DNA of 64,000 bases from Malacoraja senta (GCA_038087875.1 CM075993.1:12278001-12342000), one strand, 5' to 3'. Counted from the first letter of the stretch, positions 1 to 12,450 are shown. Notes: a model not told the origin generated them from the sequence alone. A program made the numbers and translations.

Positions 1-304
1 GCTGGAGGATGGGGCGAATGTTCGGCAACTGTGGCAGGGCTTGAATGCCATCACCTCCTACAAGGCGAAATCAGGAGGCAGCTCAACCGACAGTGAAGCA
101 TCACTCCCTGATGAGTTCAATACGTACTATGCACGCTTTGATAGGGAGAACACTGATGTGCCTCCCCGAACCCCCATATGCCCTGATGGTATTACAGTCA
201 CAGTCACAGAGGCTGATGTCAGAAGATCCTTCAGGGGGGTGAACCCTCGGAAAGTGCCTGGACCTGATGGTATACCCGGTCAAGTTCTCAAAACCTTTGC
301 AGAC

Positions 305-527
305 TGTAGATTAACCCTTATTAACCCATGCCATTTAAAATCTCAACTACACATATATGCTGGCCACCCATTACATGGTATTACAGTACTACACTAACAA
401 GGACAGCCGGCTCTCAGAAGCCACGCTGAGCTGGGATTGAATGGCTGGCAGTTTGAATGTTCTGCATTACTTAAGGAATAAAGACTAATGTTTCACCATG
501 TATGTTGTCGTGGATCATTTACAAACA
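305..527 (+). repeat. Gypsy 5' LTR (223 bp)
   Basis: TGTAG...AAACA with internal AATAAA. Repeated at 8608-8662 + 10102-10269 with about 15 mismatches by manual count. Confidence 0.93.
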
Positions 528-3500
528 TGGTGTCAGAATCTTTGAGCCACGTCTCCAACTCTTTTGCCTGAATTTATTATTATTATTTTTTTTTACAACA
601 GACCATCATGGCCGGATCGTTTCGTAAACCCGATCCTCTGATATTCGACAGTGAACTTGCCGAACGTTGGTGCATCTTCGTGGTGGAATTCCGAATTTTC
701 AATGATGCTGCCCACCCTGGAGCTGCTCCCCATACTGTTGCATCAATTCTCCTCAACGTAGCGGGCACAGAGGCTGCCCTGCAGGCACAGGATTTCTATT
801 ATGCCTCAAAACATACCGATGCGGTAACCCATGTTGTGACCCCGGCAGAGTCTATCAGAGACCCCACCTGCCTCCTCCGAAAGTTCAGAGACCTGTGCCA
901 ACTTCGCACAAAAGTTATCGTGGAGCACCACAAATTATATCCCAAAGCTAACACGAGGCGGAGACGGTGGAATCCTACATTGTCGTCCTGAAGAGCATCG
1001 CTGCAAGATGCCACATCCAGGACCGTGATGTACTCATCCGCGGCAGACTCGTATATGGCATCCTGAATGACAAGGTGAGAAATGAACTACTCCGGGATGA
1101 GGAGCTTACACTGGCTAAAGCAGAATGTGCCTGCCGGGTTGTAGAGTTCACTGACACCAATACCAAATCCCTGGGACTGGGACCCCACTCTGCCTACGGT
1201 GTTCATGCTTTCTATAGGTCCCCGTGACAACCGTTAACAACCTTTTGACCTTAACCACCACCTACAGCCCCAGGGAGGGAAACCGACCCATTGGTCCATA
1301 ACTATTGTAATTGCGGCAGCTCACACCCGAAATTTTGTGAGCAATGCCTCGCTTACGGCAAAACCTGCCACTACTGTAAAAATACACTTTATTCAGTATT
1401 GCCGCACTCATGGTAACAGGGCCCAGCCACAACAATCTCTCTATGCGCTCGAGCCCACACTTTCCCACGAGGCACTGACTGAAATAGCAGCACCAGCAGA
1501 GCAACAACCGCAACATCTGCAAGAAGACAGCCAAAATATACATTCATGTATAGCCGACTCACCATATACCTGACTCAACAGTGATCCCATGACAACGCTC
1601 AGTACCAACAATACCAAAGTCGCTACAAAGATAGATACTGGGGCATGGTGCAACGTTCTATCCTTATTGGACTTCCAAAGAATTCACAACAATGAAACTG
1701 TCATGAAAACAAACTCCAAGTTACATCCATTTGGTGGGGGGGAGTTGCAACCGGTTGGTAAAGTCATACTCCAATGCCATCTAGCATCCCAAGTTTAAAA
1801 TCTGGATTTTTTCATCGTTAAAGGGGAAGTGCCCCTCCTTCTGGGCATCAATGCATGCCATGATGTGGGTCTAGTCACCTTCGGCAAAACTGTGTACCAA
1901 CTATCTACCTCTCAGAGTTCACCCAACAACTGCTCACACTATACACAGACCTTTTTGACAACCAGCTGGGCAAGCGTCCCACAGAATACATTATTGTAAC
2001 CGACCCGGAGGTCACACCTGTTATTCGCTCTCCACACCGAATCCTGCACACAATGAAGGACTGCGTCAAAACTGAACTAGACAGAATGGAAACACTGGGC
2101 GTGATAGCCCCTGTCAACGAACCCTCCTCCTGGGTCTCCACCATGGTCGCTGCAATCAAGAAGAACAAAGACGAAATAAGGATATGCATCAACCCTAAAG
2201 ACTTAAACAATGCCATCAAACGATCACACCTTGGTAAAGCCACAGTCTTCTCTGTCTTAGATGCAAAGAACTCATTTTGGCAAATGCCACTAGACAATGC
2301 ATCCTCCATGTTAACCACATTCGTGACGCCCTTCGGATGCTACCGATTCTTACGAATGCCATTTGGCCTCAATTCAGCCAGTGAAGTTTTCCAACGTACT
2401 ATGGAACAACTCTGAACTGGTTACCATGCGACATAAATGTGGACGACATCTTGATCACCGGGTGCAATGCACAAGAACATGACTCAAGCCTGAAGCAGGT
2501 CCTGGATCGTGCCAGAGAGGTCAATCTCAAACTCAACCCCCTCAAGTGCAGGTTTCCAATACGTGGGCCATGTATTCACAAACAATGGCCTCGGGCCAGA
2601 CCCGTCTAAAACCGTTGCAATCTATGAAATGCCAACACCTACGGATGTGACAGCTCTGCAGCGATTTCTAGGCATGGTAAACTACCTGGGAAAATTCATC
2701 CCAAACTTCAGTGAGCTGTCAGCCCCGCTACGACAACTGACCCACAAGGATACGCACTGGTCCTGGCACCAGCACCAGCAGAGGGCATTTGAAACCCTCA
2801 AACAACTAATGTCGTGCGCCCTAACCCTCGCATACTTCGATGCCGGGTTACCCGTCACCCTAACCTGTAATGCCTCCCAGTATGGACTGGGAGCTGCCTG
2901 CCTACAAGATGACGGGAAGGGTCCCAGACTGGTCGGCTATGCCTCCCATACCATGACCGACACTGAACAGCGCCACGCTCAAATCGAGAAGGAAATACTC
3001 GCGGTAGCCTTTGCCTGCAAGAAATTCAAGGAGTTTATCTTTGGCAACCTGATCGTGATTGAAATCAACCACCAGCCCCTGGTCAGTATCCTCAATAAAC
3101 CGATCCACATGGCACCAGCGCATTTACAACGCATGATGATGGAACTACAGAGATATGGCATCAGACTAACCTACAAACGCGGTAAGGACATGCACGTAGC
3201 TGACACCCTCTCATGGGCACCTCACCCAACCTGCAAAAAATACCTGTCTGATGATGAGCACGAGGGGTATACGGTTATGATGGTCCCCTGCCTTCCATCT
3301 GCGGACTTAGACATCCTAGTGGCAAAAACAGCTGCAGACGAAACACTACAATCACTGGCCACTATCAACCGCTGCGGCTGGCCAGACAATCAGCACCACC
3401 TGCCGCTGGTTATCCGCCCATTCTACCCTGCCCGCAATGAACTGTTCATTCAAGACGGCATTATAATGAAAGGACATAAGGCAGTTATCCCGACGTCTCT

Positions 3501-3770
3501 TCACAGCAAGTATTTTGATATTGTCCATGGGGCCAACCCGCCGCATAAATAACCCTCCAACATGCAAAAGCTATGCTTTTCTGGCCTGACATGGCTGACT
3601 ACATTCTCGAGAAAGTTACTGCCTGCCCGATTTGCAACAGCCTGACCCCGCACCAACAGAAACAACCACTTCTCCCGCACCCCACACCGGACTTATCCTG
3701 GTCCACAGTGGCAGCCGACATCTTTGAGTGGCATGGCAAGCAATACCATGTTCTAGTCGATTCCTACTTA

Positions 3771-4090
3771 AATCCCTGTCCCACGGTACGAGTTCATTCC
3801 AAGAGGAACATCGAGTTTGCCCTGATTCGAACTCGGAGATTTACGGTAATGGCCACTCGTCAGTATTCGGGGCTCTCGTGGACATTTTTCATCATGTTGA
3901 AAAATCTTCACGAGTCTTCCCGTGCTTACCTGACATTAGCGAGTCTTCCCGAGTACCTGCCGTTAGCGCTGAGAGACGTCCCCGAGCTCCGACGTACCCG
4001 CTACGTTCATTCTCCGTGCTTATCACGAGTTTAATTTTTCTTAAACTCGGGAGAGCTCTTGGAATGAACTCGCACCGTGGGACAGGGTTA
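3771..4090. mobile_element. PIF/Harbinger-type MITE in Gypsy integrase
   Basis: About 35-bp TIRs (..CCCTGTCCCACGGTRCGAGTTCATTCCAAGAG) and TTA TSD (3768-3770, 4091-4093). Removing it restores the integrase peptide DSYLGWFKID. Confidence 0.85.
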
Positions 4091-4564
4091 TTAGGATGGT
4101 TCAAAATCGACCTGCTCAGTAGCCCAGCTTCAGCCATGGTCATTCATAGAAACATAAAAACATAGAAAATAGGTGTAGGAGTAGGCCATTCGGCCCTTCG
4201 AGCCTGCACCGCCATTCAATATGATCATGGCTGATCATCCAACTCAGTATCCCGTACCTGCCTTCTCTCCATACCCCCTGATCCCTTTAGCCACAAGGGC
4301 ACATCCAACTCCCTCTTAAATATAGCCAATGAACTGGCCTCAACTACCTTCTGTGGCATAGAATTCCAGAGATTCACCACTCTCTGTGTGAAAAATGTTT
4401 TTCTCATCTCGGTCCTAAAAGATTTCCCCCTTATCCTTAAACTGTGACCCCTTGTTCTGGACTTCCCCAACATCGGGAACAATCTTCCTGCTTCTAGCCT
4501 GTCCTACCCCTTAAGAATTTTGTAAGTTTCTATAAGATCCCCCCTCAATCTTCTAAATTCTAGC

Positions 4565-4818
4565 CCCTAGACTGTGGAACAGCATCCCCTTTCCCATCAG
4601 AACTGCCCCCTCCATCGACTCTTTTAAGTCAAGACTAAAGACTTATCTATACTCCCAAGCCTTTCGTGATGTCCTCTGAGTGAGGGTTACATGTATATAT
4701 GTATGTAGTTTGTTTTGTTTGTGCTATTCCTATAACAAATGTAAAGCACTTTGGCCAACGAGAGTTGTTTTTTAAATGTGCTATATAAATAAATGTGGCT
4801 TGACTTGACTTGACTTGA
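4565..4818 (+). mobile_element. L2-type LINE 3' end inserted in CR1
   Basis: Encodes PRLWNSIPFPIRTAPSIDSFKSRLKTYLYSQAF. (TTGAC)n tail. TSD CTAGC (4560-4564, 4819-4823). Confidence 0.75.
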
Positions 4819-5894
4819 CTAGCGAGTACAAGCCGAGTCTATCCAGTCTTTCTTCATATGAAAGTCCTGACATCCCAGGAATCAGTGTGGTGAACCTTCT
4901 CTGTACTCCCTCTATGGCAAGAATGTATTTCCTCAGATTTGGAGACCAAAACTGTACACAATACTCCAGGTGTGGTCTCAGGTAACCCTGTACAACTGCA
5001 GTAGAACCTCCCAGCTCATATACTCAAATCCTTTTGCTATGAATGCTAACATACCATTCGCTTTCTTCACTGCCTGCTGCACCTGCATGCCTACTTTCAA
5101 TGACTGGTGTACCATGACACCCAGGTCTCGTTGCATCTCCCCTTTTCCTAATCGGCCACCATTCAGATAATAGTCTACTTTCCTGTTTTTGCCACCAAAG
5201 TGGATAACCTCACATTTATCCACATTATACTGCATCTGCCATGCATTTGCCCACTCACCGACCCTATCCAAGTCACCTTGCAGCCTCCTAGCATCTTCCT
5301 CACAGCTAACACTGCCCCCCAGCTTTGTGTCATCTGCAAACTTGGAGATGTTGCATTCAATTCCCTCGACCAAATCATTAATATATATAGTAAATAGCTG
5401 GGGTCCCAGCACTGAGCCTTGCGGTACCCCACTAGTCACTGCCTGCCATTCTGAAAAGGACCCATTTACTCCTACTCTTTGCTTCCTGTCTGCCAGCCAG
5501 TTCACTATCCACATCAATACTGAACCCCCAATACCGTGTGCTTTAAGTTTGTATACTAATCTCTTATGTGGGACCTTGTCGAAAGCCTTCTGAAAGTCCA
5601 GATACAACACATCCACTGGTTCTCCCCTATCCACTCTACTAGTTACATCCTCGAAAAATTCTATAAGATTCGTCAGACATGATTTACCTTTCGTAAATCC
5701 ATGCTGACTTTGTCCAATGATTTCACCACTTTCCAAATGTGCTGCTATCCCATCTTTAATAACTGATTCTAGCAGTTTCCCCACTACCGATGTTAGACTA
5801 ACTGGTCTGTAATTCCCCGTTTTCTCTCTCCCTCCCTTTTTAAAAAGTGGGGTTACATTAGCTACCCTCCAATCCTCAGGAACTACTCCAGTAT

Positions 5895-6683
5895 CTTTGG
5901 TGGCAAAAACAGGAAAGTAGATTATTATCTGAATGGTGGCCGATTAGGAAAAGGGGAGATGCAACGAGACCTGGGTGTCATGGTACACCAGTCATTGAAA
6001 GTAGGCATGCAGGTGCAGCAGGCAGTGAAGAAAGCGAATGGTATGTTAGCATTCAGAGCAAAAGGATTTGAGTATAGGAGCAGGGAGGTTCTACTGCAGT
6101 TGTACGGGGTATTGGTGAGACCACACCTGGAGTATTGCGTACAGTTTTGGTCTCCAAATCTGAGGAAAGAAATTCTTGCTATAGAGGGAGTACAGAGAAG
6201 GTTCGCCAGACTGATTCTTGGGATGTCCGGACTTTCATATGAAGAAAGACTGGATAGACTCGGCTTGTACTCGCTAGAATTTAGAAGATTGAGGGGGGAT
6301 CTTATAGAAACGTACAAAATTCTTAAGGGGTAGGACAGGCTAGATGCAGGAAGATTGTTCCCGATGTTGGGGAAGTCCAGGACAAGGGGTCACAGTTTAA
6401 GGATAAAGGGGAAATCTTTTAGGACCGAGATGAGAAAAAAAAAATTCACACAGAGAGTGGTGAATCTCTGGAATTCTTTGCCACAGAAGGTAGTTGAGGC
6501 CAGTTCATTGGCTATATTTAAGAGGGAGTTCGATGTGGCCCTTGTGGCTAAAGGGATCAGGGGGTATGGAGAGAAGGCAGGTACAGGATACTGATTTGGA
6601 TGATCAGCCATGATCATATTGAATGGTGGTGCAGGCTCGAAGGGCCGAATGGCCTACTCCTGCACCTATTTTCTATGTTTCTA
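5895..6683 (+). mobile_element. 5'-truncated CR1 LINE
   Basis: LVRPHLEYCVQFWSP and FTQRVVNLWNSLP. TTTCTATGTTTCTAT tail. Confidence 0.9.
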
Positions 6684-7537
6684 TTACTCAATACACAGTC
6701 TAGAATAGCCTGCTCTCTCGTTGGTTCCTCTACATGTTGGTTTTGAAAACTATCCCGCATACATTCCAAGAAATCCTCTTCCTCAGCACCCCTGCCAATT
6801 TGATTCACCCAATCTATATGTAGATTGAAGTCTCCCATTATAACTGTTTTACCTTTGTTGCACGCATTTCTAATTTCCTTTTTGATGCCATGCCCTACTC
6901 CACTACTACTGTTAGGTGGCCTGTACACAACTCCCACTAGCGTTTTCTACCCCTTAGTGTTGCGCAGCTCTACCCATATCGATTCCACATCCTCCAAGCT
7001 AATGTCCTTCCTTTCTATTGCGTTAATCTCCTCTCTAACCAGCAACGCTACCCCACCTCCTTTTCCTTTCTGTCTATCCTTCCTGAATATTGAATATCCC
7101 TGGATGTTCAGCTCCCAGCCTTGGTCACCCTGGAGCTATGTCTCCGTGATCTCAACTATATCATAATCATTAATAGCTATCTGCACATTCAACTCATCCA
7201 CCTTATTACGAATGCTCCTTGCATTGAGACACAAAGCCTTCAGGCTTGTTTTTACAACGCTCTTACCCCTTATTTTTTTATTTTTGCCCTGGATTTTGTC
7301 TGCCTGCCACTTTTACTTTTCACCTTGCTACCTATTGCTTCTACCCTCATTTTACACCCCCTCTCTCTCTGCTCACACATTTAAGAAACCCACCACCTCT
7401 TATTCTCTTTATTATTTTTTTCTACTTCCCCCCCTACATGTTGGGTCCGAGTGCTTCCCTTCTCTGCCTCCTGCCTCACACACTGTCTACTAGCTTTCTC
7501 TATTTGAGTCCCTCCCCCCAACCGTTCTAGTTTAAAG

Positions 7538-7627
7538 GTACACAAAAATGCTGGAGAAACTCAGCGGGTGCAGCAGAATCTATGGCGCGAAGGAAATAGG
7601 CAACGTTTCGGGCCGAAACCCTTCTTC
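7538..7627 (-). mobile_element. 90-bp Penelope-terminus fragment with its own TSD
   Basis: Reverse complement resembles the PLE end at 29095-29185. Flanked by GTTCTAGTTTAAAG (7524-7537) and GTTCAAGTTTAAAG (7628-7641). Confidence 0.75.
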
Positions 7628-8662
7628 GTTCAAGTTTAAAGTCTCCACTCGTCACTTCTCTGTCCACGGAGCCCCCCCAAAGCTACTCTCAGACAATGGA
7701 ACTCAATTCTGCAGTCAGCTGTTCATGAATTTCACAAAATGCTGGTACTTTCACCACACCACCAGCAGCCCTGAGTACCCGCAGTGCAATGGCCTGGTTG
7801 AAGTGCAAAACAACTAATGGAACGCTCACACAGGGCTGGCTCCAATGTCTATCTCGATGTACTCAACCTACGTAACATCGTCCGTGACCCTTTCCTGGGA
7901 TCTTCGACTGAACGACTCATGGCGAACCCGCTCCACCCTGCCTATGGCCAAGAAACTGCTAGCACCACAAGTTTGCGCACTGTCGGCGATCCAATCCCAG
8001 CTCCAACACTGCCGTAACATACAAAGAAAATACCATGATAGAACCAGCTCTCCACTTCAACCGCTCCACAAGGGAAAGGTTATCCGCTTACGGTTGCTCA
8101 GAGGCTATGACTGCCTCGGTGTCATTCTGGGGTCAACCGTGGGGCCACGCTCAAGCCTGGTCAGTGTTGACAACGGCATCTTCCGACGCACCCGCCAACA
8201 CCTCCTCCTGGTTAATGAACCGGCACCTTCCCGTCCTTACTCTGACCAGCCTGTCGGACTTCCCTCACACTCCATGAATGCCGCTCCAGCCATTCCTCCA
8301 CTGGTGCCAGCGCCATCCCTGTCTTCCCCGGAGTTCCCATCTCCACCGGTGTCTTCTCATCCGCGATCACCTGATAAGGGACTTGCTTCCTCAGGGAAGG
8401 ATGAGGTGCACCAGGGGTACTACCGTACTCGTGCAGGTCGTGTCTGCAAGCCAAACCTACTGATTGGAAAGTTCACCGGCTATACTTGAACTGTGCATGA
8501 CCCGCTTTGTTTTATGTGCTCAAATATGCACACACCTTATACCGGTGTTTTACAATATATACTCCACTAACCACTCTATATATGCTTTGCTTCTTTAAGA
8601 GGAAGGATGTAGATTAACGCTTATTAATCCATGCCATCTAAAACCTCCACTACACATATATG

Positions 8663-10094
8663 TAGCAATGTTACAAAATGTTGAGATTTTAAAAATCAGG
8701 TCTGCAATTTATCCCATCAGATAAAGCATAAAAAGAAGTTTAATTTGACACCTAATTCACTTTCATATCTTCAGTATTAAAAAATTCATGGCCATTTTCA
8801 TACTTGGAAATTAGCATCTTGTTCCCTATTGCTTTTCCATTGACTTAACACAAAAGCTGTGATCAAGGACAGTCAAAAGCCCATAACTTTCTTAAAAATT
8901 AAGAGAACTGAATGAAATTTTCAGTTATTATAGATTGAAGCATTCTGAAACAAATATGAAACAATCTTACTTGGATGACCTGAAATTAAAGCATATAATT
9001 AGTTAAGGCCATGTCCCACGGGCAGGCGGTTCCAGGCGGTAAGCGCGGCGTAGCAGGAAGTGGGGACCGTGCGGCTGCCGCGCGGGTGCCACCGTACGGC
9101 CTGTCCCACGAGCATGCGGCAAGTGCAACCTAACCGGAAGCAGTTGCCGCGCGGAGGCCGAGTGTTTACCGTACGGCCTGTCCCACGAGCATGCCACGCG
9201 CTAGCGTCCTCCGTCGAGACGGTTCGCGGTGTCCAGGCGATGCTCGCGGTGTCGAGGCGGCAGCGGGGCGGTAGGCCGTTGCCGCACGGGATTTTTGGAC
9301 AGTGTCTGTTTTTCTGAGCCCCGCGCGGTGTCGGGACCGACCCCACTTCCTGCTACGCCGCGCTTACCGCCTGCCCGTGGGACAGGGCCTTAAGTTACCC
9401 AATTGTAGCTAATTACAAAATTCAATTACTACATCTAAACATCTATCCATTTCTTAAGAAAAGGTTAACATTTTTAAAAAGCCTAAGTGTCCAAATAACA
9501 TTCACACAAGAATTCACAATATAACATTATTTTTAAATCTCATTGTCATGAATTTATAGGCCAAATGGAAGGAATTTAGTGTTTAATTCCTGTAAATGAA
9601 TGGGCATTTAAATCATCTTGCGAGTGGGATTTTGTGGAACGTGCTGGTTTGGAACGTTGCGGTTGCAGTGAATTTAAACCTCATATCGGCAGTAAAAATA
9701 CTGCCGGTTCGTATATTTACATAGTCACATTTTCGCAACGTGAAATTTTGATTAAGGGCATCCTAAGAAGCAAGTTTATATGAAAAAATAAACGGCGTAC
9801 CCTGCCTTGTCCCGTGCGTGAAATCCGTCCCCGTTGTCGGCGTTGACGGCATTTGAAGGTGATTTTAATTTTACTCCAACAATTTAATTATCCAGCGCTA
9901 ATTTTAATAACTTAATAAAACAGCAGTCGAAGCGATTTTTCTTTAGCAGCTAATTTACCTGACAGGCATCGATTTGAATAGGCTGCCGAAAAATCGCATT
10001 TTAAACCCGCTCCCCTCTCAAAGGCGCCAAAGTCGTGCACACGGGCAGTGGTAGAACTGCAGCGCCGCTGAAGGTAAGTTTTGTAACATACCTA
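8663..10094. mobile_element. Non-autonomous DNA transposon with TAG..CTA termini and 7-bp TSD
   Basis: TIRs TAGCAATGTTACAAAA / TAGGTATGTTACAAAA. TSD ATATATG (8656-8662, 10095-10101), confirmed by the empty site in the 5' LTR. No transposase ORF. Confidence 0.85.
9006..9390. mobile_element. PIF/Harbinger-type MITE, GC/CpG-rich
   Basis: TIR AGGCC(A/C)TGTCCCACGGGCAGGCGGT plus long subterminal inverted repeat. Flanks TTA/TAA. Two internal TIR-like copies GGCCTGTCCCACGAGCATGC. Confidence 0.8.
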
Positions 10095-10652
10095 ATATAT
10101 GCATGCCACCCATTACATGGTATTACAGTACTACACTAACGAGGACAGCCGGCTCTCAGAAGCCATGCCGAGCTGGGAATGAATGGCTGGCAGTTTGAAT
10201 GTTCTGTATTACTTAAAGAATAAAGACTAATCTTTCACCATGTATGTTGTTGTGGATCATTTACAAACACAGACCAACTGGCTGGGGTTTTTACGGACAT
10301 TTTCAATCTCTCACTGCTGAGGTCTGAGGTTCCCATCTGCTTTAAGAGGGCACCAATAATACTTGTGCCCAAGAAGAGTAAGGTGACGTGCCTCATTGAC
10401 TAACGACCAGTGGCACTAACGTCTGTGGTGATGAAGTGCTTTGAGAGGTTGGTTATGGGGCATATCAACTCCTACCTCAATAAGAACTTCGACCCACTAC
10501 AGTTTGCCTACGGTTGCAATTGGACCACGGAGGATGCGATCTCACTGGCTCTCCACTCTGCTCTGGACCACTTGGACAATAAAAACACTTACGTCAGGTT
10601 GTTGTTTATAGACTACAGCTCGCCGTTCAGTACCACCATCCCCTCCAAGCTG

Positions 10653-12229
10653 TACGACCCCCCGCCTGCCACTTTTGGGGGCTCGAAGGGTCTGTGTACC
10701 ACGTGTATATGGAGTGCGTGAGGCTACAGCCACTGTTTGAATACCTAAAGGGGCTGCTCCTTGCCTTCTGGCTGCATTTTACACCCACCATCCTCATCTT
10801 TGGACACCCTCTGCGTAGGGGAGAGGGTAGGGCTGAAGATGTCCTGGTTGGGTTGCTCCTGGGCCTGGCCAAGCAGGCCATCCATGAGTCAAGGCGCCAG
10901 GCGGTGGAGGGCTCTACCCGAACTGGCTGCCTGCCCCTTTTCCGGGGATACGTCCGTGCCCGGGTGTGGTTAGAAAGGGAATACGCCCTGTCCACGGGCG
11001 CCCTGGGGATTTCCGGGACCGTTGGGCACCGCGGGAGGTTGAATGTATCCTGGACAAGGAGTGTAACCATATAACCATAACAGCACGGAAACAGGCCATC
11101 TCGGCCCTTCAAGTCCGTGCCGAACATTTTTTTTAAAAATTTTTTTTTTTTAATTAAAAATAAATACTTCCCCCTAGTCCCATCTACCTGCACTCAGACC
11201 ATAACCCTCCATTCCTTTCCCATCCATATACCCATCCAATCTATTTTTAAAGGATAACATCGAACCTGCCTCCACCACTTCCACTGGAAGCTCATTCCAC
11301 ACAGCTACCACTCTCTGAGTAAAGAAGTTCCCCCTAATGTTCCCCCTAAACTTCTGTCCCTTAATTCTCAAGTCATGTCCCCTTGTTTGAATCTTCCCTA
11401 CTCTCAATGGGAAAAGCTTATCCACGTCCACTCTGTCTAACCCGCTCATAATTTTAAAGACCTCTATCAAGTCGCCCCTTAACCTTCTGCGCTCCAAAGA
11501 ATAAAGCCCTAACTTGTTCAACCTTTCTCTGTAACTTAGTTGCTGAAACCCAGGCAACATTCTAGTAAATCTCCTCTGTACTCTCTCTATTTTGTTGACA
11601 TCCTTCCTATAATTAGGCGACCAAAATTGTACTCCATACTCCAGAATTGGCCTCACCAATGCCTTGTACAATTTTAACATTACATCCCAACTTCTATATT
11701 CAATGCTCTGATTTATAAAGGCCAGCACAACCAAAAGCTTTCTTTACCACCCTATCTACATGAGATTCCACCTTCAGGGAACTATGCACAGTTATTCCTA
11801 GATCCCTCTGTTCAACTGCATTCCTCAATTCGCTACCATTTACCGTGTACGTCCTATTTTGATTTGTCCTGCTGAGATGTAGCACCTCACATTTGTCAGC
11901 ATTAAACTCCATCTGCCATCTTTCAGCCCACTCTTCCAAATGGCCTAAATCTCTCTGTAGACTTTGAAAATCTACTTCATTATCCACAACACCACCTATC
12001 TTAGTATCATCTGCATACTTACTAATCCAATTTTCCACACCATCATCCAGATCATTGATGTACATGACAAACAACAGTGGACCCAACACAGACCCCTGAG
12101 GCACCCCACGAGTGTAATATAGTTGTTTAGTAGTTTACTTGGTATATTTGTTTTGTCTTGTATTATGGTGGTGGGTTCTGTTTTATTTTATTGTGTTGTA
12201 AATACTATTTTAATGTTTGAATTTTTAAA
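10653..12229 (+). mobile_element. Tx1-clade (L1 group) LINE 3' end, copy 1, interrupted by CR1
   Basis: ORF2 C-terminus [33 protein letters not shown]-rich 3' UTR and A tail resume after 12117. Confidence 0.75.
11067..12109 (-). mobile_element. 5'-truncated CR1 LINE (second family)
   Basis: PQGSVLGP, YADD and LVRPILEYGVQFWSP. 8-bp TSD GAGTGTAA (11059-11066, 12110-12117). Confidence 0.9.
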
Positions 12230-12354
12230 AAGCTGGTTACGAAACTCACGGAACTGGGTCTCTGCACATCCCTCTGCAATTGGATCCTTGACTTCCTCAT
12301 CCACAGACCACAGTCTGTTCGAATTGGCAGAAACACTTCATCCTCAGTGATATA

Positions 12355-12450
12355 GCCTACCTGTACGTCTTTGGAGCGTGGGAGGAAACGAGCTCCCAGA
12401 GAAAACCTACGCAAGTCACGGGGAGAACGTACAAACTCCATACAGACAGT
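12355..12450 (-). mobile_element. V-SINE (HE1-like) central-domain fragment
   Basis: Reverse complement reads GTATGGAGTTTGTACGTTCTCCCCGTG..TTTCCTCCCACGCTCCAAAGAC, the typical V-SINE core. Related pieces at ~13685-13745, 13913-13980, 34880-35015 and 37295-37450. Confidence 0.65.

Larger units (their letters stand above)
4144..7647 (-). mobile_element. CR1 LINE (endonuclease + RT + 3' tail), internally deleted and interrupted
   Basis: ORF 4978-5784 has YLDFQKAFDKV, GVPQGSVLGP and FADD. Endonuclease VYRPP/MGDFN lies at 6.7-6.95 kb. (TTTCTATG)n-type tail at ~4144-4170. Confidence 0.9.
305..10269 (+). mobile_element. Gypsy/Ty3 LTR retrotransposon, full-length but decayed and interrupted
   Basis: 5-bp TSD CAGAC (300-304, 10270-10274). 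TG..CA LTRs. PBS TGGTGTCAGAA at 528-538 (resembles tRNA-Leu 3' complement). PPT AAGAGGAAGGA at 8597-8607. Domain order gag, PR (KIDTGA), RT (LDAKNSFWQ, RMPFGL, VDDIL), RNase H (AQIEKE, HQPL), IN (VAADIFEW, SDNGTQF, SSPEYPQCNG). Many stops and frameshifts. Confidence 0.95.
8608..10269 (+). repeat. Gypsy 3' LTR, split by a DNA transposon
   Basis: Follows the PPT. Matches the 5' LTR once 8663-10101 is removed. Confidence 0.92.
1..12350 (+). mobile_element. Rex1/Babar-type LINE copy A, split into three pieces (1-304, 10275-10652, 12230-~12350) by the Gypsy and Tx1 insertions
   Basis: Reading frame LPDEFN..GPDGIPGQVLKTFAD resumes as [14 protein letters not shown] after the Gypsy 3' LTR. RT motifs [22 protein letters not shown] and RLLFIDYSS are present. 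Closely similar to the copy at 37.6-40.6 kb. Confidence 0.85.

Noticed and set aside
5189..6617. Antisense ORFs over CR1 copies (also at 14339, 16895, 31911, 34211)
   Set aside because: Recurrent shadow frames of the CR1 RT, with no independent coding evidence.
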